NCBI GenBank assembly: GCA_965248305.1
Contig: OZ252099.1
Coordinates: 3,117,502-3,181,501 of the forward strand
Source of the DNA: Bryobacterales bacterium
GTDB taxonomy: Bacteria > Acidobacteriota > Terriglobia > Bryobacterales > UBA6623
Length of the DNA: 64,000 bases
Direction: 5' to 3'
Part shown: in pieces, positions 57,045 to 64,000 of the stretch
Numbering within the stretch: the first letter of the stretch is position 1
How the letters are laid out: every line of letters begins with the position of its first letter
Position numbers and translations under genes: made by a program
The notes under the pieces: model-generated
Told to the model about the DNA's origin: nothing
The model's database searches: none
The model's input: only the letters and a program-made list of their open reading frames with translations

Positions 57045-60000
57045 GACCAAACCGTTCAGCGCGGGCGAGGCACTCCAACCGCTGAAGACCTTCCAGCGAC
57101 GGACCGTCGACTATGTGATGCGCCGCCTCTATGAAGACGCCGACAACACGAGACGCTTTCTGGTCGCCGACGAGGTCGGTCTCGGCAAGACCATGGTCGC
57201 GCGCGGCGTAATCGCCCGCACGATCGAACGGCTCTGGAGCACGGTCGAACGCATCGACATCCTCTACATCTGCTCGAACCAAGCGATCGCCACCCAGAAC
57301 ATCAACCGGCTGAACGTACTCGGCAAGCAAGCGTTTGCCCTGCCAACCCGGATGACGCTCCTTCCGTTACAGCTGACCGGCGAGCATCGCCTCGGCGGCA
57401 ACAGAGTCAATTTCATCAGCCTGACACCAGGAACCACGTTCAATCTACGGTCATCTACCGGAGTTATCCAAGAGCGGGCTTTCCTGTTCCATCTCCTAAA
57501 GGACCTAGTTGAGCCACAGCAAGGCCTCTACAACCTGCTCCAAGTCGGTGCCGGCGCCCGGAATTGGAAGCAGACCATCGATCACATGCCATTCGACCAA
57601 GTTGACCAGAAACTGGTCGCAGACTTTCGATCCGGATGCATCGATCCTGATCTGATCAACGACCTGAGCGAACTCTGCCACCTCTTCCGCATATGGAATG
57701 ACCGATATCCCTACGAGATCGCGAGGCGTCGCAATGAGATAGTCGGCAAGCTACGGAACAGTCTTGCTCACCTTTGTGTTGATGCGCTCGAGCCGGACCT
57801 GATCATCCTCGACGAGTTCCAGCGCTTTACCGAGTTACTCCACGGGGATCACGGCGCCGCGATATTGGCTCGAGCGCTGTTCGACTACACCGACAGCGAG
57901 GGCAACCGGGCACGCACATTGCTGCTCTCGGCAACACCGTACCGAATGCTGACCCTTTCCAGCGACGGGGACAACGAGGGAAGTCACTACGAGGAATTCT
58001 TTGAAACCCTCGAATTCCTCCTCGGCAGCAATCGAGCAAGGGAGGTAGCCGGGGAGTTAAGGCAGGAAATCACTCAATTCCGTCGTGCGATATTGTCCTT
58101 CCCTGAGGCGAAAGAGGAAGCTCGCAATTATCGAGCATCGATCGAGCGCCAGTTGAGGTCTGTGGTGGTCCGCACTGAGCGAGTCTCTGGCACTGTGGAC
58201 CGCAATGCCATGGTCGATGAACCGTCTGTGGCCGTTAGTGTTGATGCGGCAGATCTGCGCTCGGCGGCAGCAGTCGCTTCGGTCGCCCGCATCGTGGAAG
58301 CGCCCGAAATCGTCGAGTACTGGAAGTCGGCGCCCTATCTACTCAACTTCATGCGCGACTACGCCCTGAAGCGGGCGCTGAGGGCGGAAGCCGAGAAGCA
58401 GTCTTCGGCAGCACTGCTTGAAGCAATCAAGGCGGCGCGGCCATCTTGCCTGAGCCGACGGCGTATCGGAGCCTATCGTCCGCTAGCGCCGACAAACGGA
58501 CGGATGCGGTCTCTGATGAACGACATCTTTGACGACAACTTGGACCAGCACCTGTGGATCCCGCCATCGCTGCCCTACTATGGCGGGGGGAATTCAAACG
58601 CAGCTAGCCCGAGCAAGACTCTGGTGTTTTCGTCATGGTCCATGGTGCCCGACGCGATAGCGGCCATCCTCTCCTACGAGGCGGAACGCCGGATGGGAGT
58701 AAAGCAAGCCGGCATGGGCTACTTCGACCGCCAGCGCCCGCGACCCCTTCAATTTCGGTGGGCGCAGGGCCGCCTAGCCGGCCTCCGGGCATTGCTTCTG
58801 ATCTACCCTTCTCCTTTGCTGGCAAAGGTGGCAGACCCACTTGACGTCGTTGCGGCTCATAATGAGCCGCTTTCCTACAGCGAGATGTGTGCCGCGTTGG
58901 CCAAGCGGCTGCAACCGTATCTGCACAAGCTACAGGCTGCCACTGACCCAGCCGCAGAGGTTGAGACTTGGGAATGGGCCGGCCCAGCTGTGCTGGACGG
59001 GCTCGCCAACAACCGCGCAGGGCTTTGGCTGGAGGGGGTTGATGGCTTCATGAATTCCGGTGATGAGGACGCATGGCCCAATCACGTTGAAGCATTGCGG
59101 AAAGCGGTCCGGGAGAAGCGCGTCGATGGTGAAGTACCAGACGATGCGCTGGAACTGCTAGTCGAACTAGCGCTTGGGAGCCCCGCAACCTGTGCGCTAC
59201 GGGCATTGCATCGCATCGCTCCGGAACTCGCCTGGGACAATCCGGACTTGCTCACGGCAGCAACACGCATCGCCTGGGGCTTCCGAACTCTCTACAACCA
59301 CCACGATACGGTAGCGCTGCTGCGGCGCGACAGCGGAGACCGGTACTGGCACAGCGTGATCACCCAAGCCGCGCGGGACAACCTGCAATCTGTCCTCGAC
59401 GAATATGTTCACTGCCTGATCGAATCCGAGGGATTGACCGACGCAGAGCCGTCGTATCGTGCGACTAAGCTCTCCAAGGTGATCAGTCAAGCGCTGTCTC
59501 TTCATCCTTCGCAGATCGAGGTAGACGATCCGCAGGTCCGCGCTGGTCGACTCAAGATCAAGAGATTCACCATGCGTGGCCGCTTCGCTATGCGGCTCGC
59601 GGATTACCGCGACCAAGAGGGGGCGGCAGCCCGCCTCAGCGGTGTACGAGAGGCATTCAACTCGCCCTTCCGGCCGTTTGTGCTGGCAACCACGTCAATT
59701 GGGCAGGAAGGGCTTGACTTCCATCCCTACTGCCATCGCCTCCATCACTGGAACCTGCCAAACAATCCGGTCGATCTGGAACAGCGCGAGGGACGGGTCC
59801 ATCGCTACAAGGGCCATGCGATTCGCCTGAACATCGCGCACGAGCACGCAGCGGCCATACGAGGTTGCGGCGCGGCACCAGCGGATCCTTGGGCCGCGAT
59901 GTTCTGTGCGGCTCAAAGCGCGTCTGGCGTAACAACCGGCCTCATCCCCTACTGGATCTATGACGGTCCGGTCAAGGTAGAGCGCCGCGTGCCGCTCCTG

Positions 60001-60180
60001 CCCTACAGCAGGGAAGTCACTCGCTTGAAGTGGCTCAAGAAAAGTGTCGCCGTCTATCGTCTGGCCTTTGGTCAACCGCGCCAAGATGACCTGCTCGCCT
60101 ACCTCCGAGACTTGGACAGGGAGTTGACCACCGAGGATCTCGAAGCGCTTCAGATCCGCCTTGAACCGCCGTTGGACTGA
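57037..60180 (+). CDS. SF2 (SNF2/DEAD-like) helicase-family ATPase with a ~350-aa insertion in the C-terminal RecA-like domain
   Basis: 1047 aa. Motif I is ADEVGLGKT (44-52), motif II is LIILDEFQ (255-262) and motif III is SAT (298-300). TLVFSSW lies at 528-534. Motif V-like is LATTSIGQEGLDF (883-895) and motif VI is QREGRVHRY (916-924). The start overlaps the PLD gene stop by 8 nt. Confidence 0.85.
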   Translation: MPETKPFSAGEALQPLKTFQRRTVDYVMRRLYEDADNTRRFLVADEVGLGKTMVARGVIARTIERLWSTVERIDILYICSNQAIATQNINRLNVLGKQAFALPTRMTLLPLQLTGEHRLGGNRVNFISLTPGTTFNLRSSTGVIQERAFLFHLLKDLVEPQQGLYNLLQVGAGARNWKQTIDHMPFDQVDQKLVADFRSGCIDPDLINDLSELCHLFRIWNDRYPYEIARRRNEIVGKLRNSLAHLCVDALEPDLIILDEFQRFTELLHGDHGAAILARALFDYTDSEGNRARTLLLSATPYRMLTLSSDGDNEGSHYEEFFETLEFLLGSNRAREVAGELRQEITQFRRAILSFPEAKEEARNYRASIERQLRSVVVRTERVSGTVDRNAMVDEPSVAVSVDAADLRSAAAVASVARIVEAPEIVEYWKSAPYLLNFMRDYALKRALRAEAEKQSSAALLEAIKAARPSCLSRRRIGAYRPLAPTNGRMRSLMNDIFDDNLDQHLWIPPSLPYYGGGNSNAASPSKTLVFSSWSMVPDAIAAILSYEAERRMGVKQAGMGYFDRQRPRPLQFRWAQGRLAGLRALLLIYPSPLLAKVADPLDVVAAHNEPLSYSEMCAALAKRLQPYLHKLQAATDPAAEVETWEWAGPAVLDGLANNRAGLWLEGVDGFMNSGDEDAWPNHVEALRKAVREKRVDGEVPDDALELLVELALGSPATCALRALHRIAPELAWDNPDLLTAATRIAWGFRTLYNHHDTVALLRRDSGDRYWHSVITQAARDNLQSVLDEYVHCLIESEGLTDAEPSYRATKLSKVISQALSLHPSQIEVDDPQVRAGRLKIKRFTMRGRFAMRLADYRDQEGAAARLSGVREAFNSPFRPFVLATTSIGQEGLDFHPYCHRLHHWNLPNNPVDLEQREGRVHRYKGHAIRLNIAHEHAAAIRGCGAAPADPWAAMFCAAQSASGVTTGLIPYWIYDGPVKVERRVPLLPYSREVTRLKWLKKSVAVYRLAFGQPRQDDLLAYLRDLDRELTTEDLEALQIRLEPPLD

Positions 60181-60421
60181 GCGAAGACCACTCGCTCGGC
60201 ACATCACAGCCACGAGCGATGGCGATTTCGCTTGCTTCCTCGAATTCTGATGCAAGTCGCCGATGGTGTAGCTCCCAACAAGCCAACACCCAGACAGCGA
60301 TGCTCAAGGGAGGTGGAAAAGTATGTGATCATGACGCGGTCAACCTGTTTGAAGGCAGTATCGAGTGGCGCTGGCTGTTCTTGTCTGTACTCCCCAGCGA
60401 TTCCTGTTGCCCACCGGAACA

Positions 60422-63400
60422 TCACGACCGGGGCGCTTGGATGGGTTTGCCGTCAAGCGTTGCCAGAAACGCGAGCAGATCGATCAGCTCCTGCTTCGTC
60501 ATCGCACTCACAAGGTCGTCCGGCATGATCGACAGCTTGCCCTGCCGCCTTTCCAAGATGTCTTCCGGGATGATCTGAATCTCGTCCGCGGATTCGGTTC
60601 GCAGCAAGATGCGATCAGCGGTGTCTTCCACCAACAGTCCCGTGAGGACACCGTGACTTGCGGTGTCCAAAATCCAAGACACGTACTCGGGAGCAATGCC
60701 TGCGCTCGGCTGTAGGATCGCGTTCAGCATGCCCTCCTTGCCATACTTCGAGGCAATCGCGGCCAAGCTCGGCCCGACGACTTCCTCTCCAACGGTCAGT
60801 GAATGGCATTTAACGCAGTTCGCGCCGTCCGTGCGCTCATAGACCTCGCGTCCGCGATCCGGGCTCCCGACCGCTTCCACAATCTCGCGCACGCGAATCA
60901 CGGGCCGCTGGTTGCTGCTCTTCGGCGCCGGCAAGACCTTTTCCGCCCGCGCTCGGACTTCGGCATCCCGAGCTGAGTGGACCACGCTGGCCGCGACAGC
61001 CCGCATCTCGCCGGGAAGCTCGAACAACTCTTCCATGTCGAGGATCAGGTGCAGTCCGGCAGGCCGCCGACCGAGCAGCTTCACGGCAGCACTGCGAATC
61101 TCGTTGGCAGCGTCTGAGAGGATCAACTCTTTCAGCGTCTCCTCGAATCCGGCTGCAGACGCAGCCCAAAGACCTTCCATAGCGGCGATCCGCAGGACAC
61201 CCGGACCGCGGGTCAATTGTCCGCGGAGCATTTCCTCGGCTGCGGTGCCGCCAATCGAGCCAAGCGCCCGGATGGCCACCACTCGGTCCGCATCATCCGC
61301 GTCCGGATCCTCAGCCAAGCGGTGCAGCCGCGGCGCAAGCGCAGCGTCTGGGATAAGCGCAGCTAATTCCAGAGCGGCCGATCTCGTAGTCAGGTCATCC
61401 AGTGCCCTGCCGACGGCTCCGATGACGCGCGGATCTTGCCTCTGCTCGCTCCACTCACTGAAGAGTTGCTTGCCAAGGAAATACAAAGCCCTGTTCCGCA
61501 GCTCGGGCGCCTCTGACCGACTGCCCGCGATGCCAGCTACCGTGCGGGCCGCGTCAGCCGTGGGATGCCAGCCTAGCGCTTCAAGGGCTCCGAGCCGTGC
61601 TTCCAATGGCATGGCCGAGTTCCTAACGATGCCCGCCAAGTAGCTGCGCGAGGCTGGAGCTTGCAGGGTTCTGTATATGTCGCCGACCGTGGATGCCCAC
61701 TCCGGATGCTCCGTGCGCAGCCGGCGGAACAAGTCGTCTTCCGCACCGCTAGCTGCGATTCCCAATGCCCCGAGGTACCACCGATCCTCCCCGTCGTAGC
61801 CCTCGACAAGCTTGAGCAAGATATCGAGCTTGGCCTGCGGCTCGAAGTTGCGCAACATCAGTGCGGCTTCGCGCCGGACTTGCGCATCGGGATCGCCGGC
61901 CAGATCTGCAACCATCTCCGCATGGTCAAGGCCGTGAAGACGCGACACTCGGAGGGCGAGAATCCGGAATCGCGGATCTTCGGAGGCAGCGGCGGACGCA
62001 ACGGCACGCTGCCCCGCTGCGCCAAGCCCGCCAAGCAGCCAAAGCGCCCGTGCCCTAGCAGCTTCGCTCGGGCCTCGCCAAGCACGCAGCAAGAGATCCC
62101 TGCGTTCATCCGCTCCCCGTAACGATAGTTCCTGATAGCCGCGATAGCGCGTCGCTTGATTGGGGGATCCGAACGCCGCCAGCAGGCCTTCATCGCTGTC
62201 AAGGTCGAACGTGGGCGCCGCGCTTCTATGGCCGATCGGGGCGATTCGAAAGATCCGCCCCTGCTCGATGTCGAGCATGTTGTGCCCGCCCACCACGGGA
62301 TCCTGCCAGTCGGCAACGAGGAGCGAGCCATCAGGCGCCACGGCGATGTCGCTGGGACGGAAGATCGGGTCGGTGCTGATAACGGTATTTTCCGATTCCA
62401 TTGAGTACCCAGCCCCGTCCGGGCGCACAAAGAAGGTCTGGATCAGGCGCTTGCCCGGCTCGGCATGCAAGAGCTGGTTGCGATACTTGGCGGGCAGGAG
62501 ATCGCCCTCATACAGCACGAGTCCGGTCGGCGAACCCGGACCGGTGCGAGCGACATAGGGCAGAGTCCCCGGTCGCTCCTCGTGGAAATGCGTACCCTTG
62601 TCTTCGCGCCAGCGACGCCCGCCGGGGCCCCAGTACCCGAAATTGGCGCCTTCCATGACGTAAAGCAGCCGTGTCCATTGGTTGCCGTCGTCGTCGTTGT
62701 CGGTTTGCCAGATCGAGCCGAAAGAGTCCAGCGCGATCTCGTATGGGTTCCGCGCGTTGTGGGCGAGCACGCGGAAGTCGGTGCCGTCCGGGTTCATCGT
62801 CTGCACAGTCGCGGCATAGTAGGGCCCTTCCGAGCTGCTGCGAAAGTCGTTACCGGACCGGTCGGTGGTAGAGAAGCCCTGATCGCCTGAGTTGAAGTAA
62901 TACCGCCCATCGTGTCCGAACAACACCACATGCAGGCCGTGGTCGTGGTCCACCCCGCGCCAGCCGGTTAGCAGGGTCTCCTTGGAAACGATGTTGTCCT
63001 CCTCGTCTTTTGTGTAGACAAACAGATCGGGAGACTGCGACACGATGACCTTGTTGCCAAGCACCGAGATTCCCAACGGCGCCAACATGTCAGCGTGCTG
63101 GTCGAAGACCTTGCGGGAGTCAGCCTGGTCATCTCCGTCGGTGTCCTCAAGGATGACGATCCGATCACCCGTTTCGTCATTCTTGGGCCTGCTCCTGAGG
63201 TCGCTGCGATAGTTCACCGACTCGATGAACCAAACCCGCCCGCGCTCGTCAATGTCGAAGTTGGTCGGGTTCACGAGCAGAGGCTCGCTGGCCCAGAGCG
63301 TCATCTCAAGCCCCGGAGCTACCTCGAATTCGTCTCCCACGTGTGGAGGGGAAAAGCTACAGGCGGCCAGCGCGGCCGCCAAAACAGCTAGCGTGCATCG

Positions 63401-63442
63401 ACTAAACATGGTTTCCCTGATTCTACCGACCAGCGCGGCCAT
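60422..63442 (-). CDS. PVC-type haem-binding CxxCH protein (membrane-bound dehydrogenase-like beta-propeller + HEAT repeats + C-terminal cytochrome c domain)
   Basis: 1006 aa with a signal/lipobox-like N-terminus (AALAACS). The N-terminal propeller block is (..TLWASEPLLVNPTNFDIDERGRVW..) and the central region is HEAT-like helical repeats. The C-terminus has GANCVKCHSL (CxxCH) and ..MPDDLVSAMTKQELIDLLAFL.. Confidence 0.85.
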   Translation of the reverse strand: MAALVGRIRETMFSRCTLAVLAAALAACSFSPPHVGDEFEVAPGLEMTLWASEPLLVNPTNFDIDERGRVWFIESVNYRSDLRSRPKNDETGDRIVILEDTDGDDQADSRKVFDQHADMLAPLGISVLGNKVIVSQSPDLFVYTKDEEDNIVSKETLLTGWRGVDHDHGLHVVLFGHDGRYYFNSGDQGFSTTDRSGNDFRSSSEGPYYAATVQTMNPDGTDFRVLAHNARNPYEIALDSFGSIWQTDNDDDGNQWTRLLYVMEGANFGYWGPGGRRWREDKGTHFHEERPGTLPYVARTGPGSPTGLVLYEGDLLPAKYRNQLLHAEPGKRLIQTFFVRPDGAGYSMESENTVISTDPIFRPSDIAVAPDGSLLVADWQDPVVGGHNMLDIEQGRIFRIAPIGHRSAAPTFDLDSDEGLLAAFGSPNQATRYRGYQELSLRGADERRDLLLRAWRGPSEAARARALWLLGGLGAAGQRAVASAAASEDPRFRILALRVSRLHGLDHAEMVADLAGDPDAQVRREAALMLRNFEPQAKLDILLKLVEGYDGEDRWYLGALGIAASGAEDDLFRRLRTEHPEWASTVGDIYRTLQAPASRSYLAGIVRNSAMPLEARLGALEALGWHPTADAARTVAGIAGSRSEAPELRNRALYFLGKQLFSEWSEQRQDPRVIGAVGRALDDLTTRSAALELAALIPDAALAPRLHRLAEDPDADDADRVVAIRALGSIGGTAAEEMLRGQLTRGPGVLRIAAMEGLWAASAAGFEETLKELILSDAANEIRSAAVKLLGRRPAGLHLILDMEELFELPGEMRAVAASVVHSARDAEVRARAEKVLPAPKSSNQRPVIRVREIVEAVGSPDRGREVYERTDGANCVKCHSLTVGEEVVGPSLAAIASKYGKEGMLNAILQPSAGIAPEYVSWILDTASHGVLTGLLVEDTADRILLRTESADEIQIIPEDILERRQGKLSIMPDDLVSAMTKQELIDLLAFLATLDGKPIQAPRS

Positions 63443-63619
63443 AGACCCCTTTTAGCCCCCGGATGAGGCGCTGTTTGGAGGCTGAGCCATGGATTCCTAA
63501 CGCGGTGGAGGTACGCGGCCGGGTGGTCGACGATGCACTTCCGGGGTGAAGCCGCAGAGCCTGTCACAGTGACTATGTCCTTGCTGGAATGTAATCGATC
63601 ATGCCCTGCTCGAAGCCCC

Positions 63620-64000
63620 CAAGATTGGCTTTACGGTCACTGAGGAACAATTGACCGGGACGGCCGGGCTGGCCTTGGTGGCGAGCCTGGCCAGTTGGAT
63701 CGACCGGCCCTGCCAACGCGCCCGGCGGCTACGCGTCAAGCGCCGCCGGGGCTGCCGCGACGAGCAGATGCTGTTGTCGCTGACCGATTCCGGCTAAGCC
63801 GGCGGAGGCCGTCTCAGCGATGTCGGCAGCCTCGCCTGCGATTAGGCGGCGCGGCGCACCACGGGTTTGCAAAGCGTGCCCGACAGCCGCCGCCCGAACG
63901 AGTATTTGGCATCTGGGCGGGGCTACTACAGCGGCGAGCGGCAGGACTGGCTGCACTCGGTGTTTGTGGGCGTGCTGTGGGTCAGCGCACGCTTGCACCC
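63620..64000 (+). pseudogene. N-terminal part of a DDE transposase (IS1380/IS4-like) with in-frame stops; runs off the right edge
   Basis: Own translation: ..KIGFTVTEEQLTGTAGLALVASLASWIDRP..RLRVKRRRGCRDEQMLLSLTDSG*AGGGRLSDVGSLACD*AARRTTGLQSVPDSRRPNEYL... The stops are TAA at 63795-63797 and TAG at 63843-63845. The pattern resembles transposase N-termini (..LTSxAGLxLL....GGxxLxDxxxLRxD..). Confidence 0.3.

Noticed and set aside
53993-60180. Assignment of the PLD + helicase operon to DISARM or Mokosh.
   Set aside because: There are no DrmA/DrmB (DUF1998) genes or methyltransferase adjacent. The helicase motifs look SNF2/DEAD-like rather than the Mokosh MkoA type, and an extra conserved first gene is present. 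I therefore kept it as an unclassified candidate rather than a known system.
60179-60197. Hairpin GAGCGA-agaccac-TCGCTC overlapping the helicase stop codon, as a possible terminator.
   Set aside because: It has only a 6-bp stem and no following T tract, so it is not convincing as an intrinsic terminator.

Overview
High-GC bacterial chromosomal window. The gene content is formylglycine-type sulfatases, a DUF1080 protein, a DUF1552 remnant, an FG-GAP/VCBS repeat protein, a PVC-type CxxCH haem-binding dehydrogenase-like protein and bshB1-bshA. This suggests a soil Acidobacteriota (Solibacter-like) or PVC-superphylum genome, but that is inference only. Core genes I recognise are dnaG, glnE, sufE, bshB1/bshA, an MrfA/MrfB-like helicase-exonuclease pair, and a translationally coupled operon of a single-chain BC-BCCP-CT acyl-CoA carboxylase with two family III CoA-transferases. 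The window also carries four patches of mobile or decayed DNA. (1) 5.4-7.3 kb: Fic, RepA and integrase remnants plus a vapBC pair whose toxin is frameshifted. (2) 14.7-17.5 kb: a 2.7-kb IS with 22-bp terminal inverted repeats and a 10-bp target duplication, splitting an MFS transporter gene. (3) 39.4-43.9 kb: an IS pile-up including a DUF4338-DDE transposase fusion. (4) 46.3-50.5 kb: a mosaic of IS3 halves, a serine-recombinase element remnant, a group II intron 5' fragment and an IS1595-type transposase. The best candidate for an undescribed system is a three-gene, overlap-coupled operon at 53993-60180. It encodes an orphan 395-aa protein, a two-HKD PLD-family nuclease and a 1047-aa SF2 helicase with a large internal insertion. 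There is no modification gene in the window, and it sits just downstream of pseudogenes and mobile debris. No tRNA, rRNA or CRISPR array was seen. All protein-family calls come from reading motifs in the translations, since no searches could be run.
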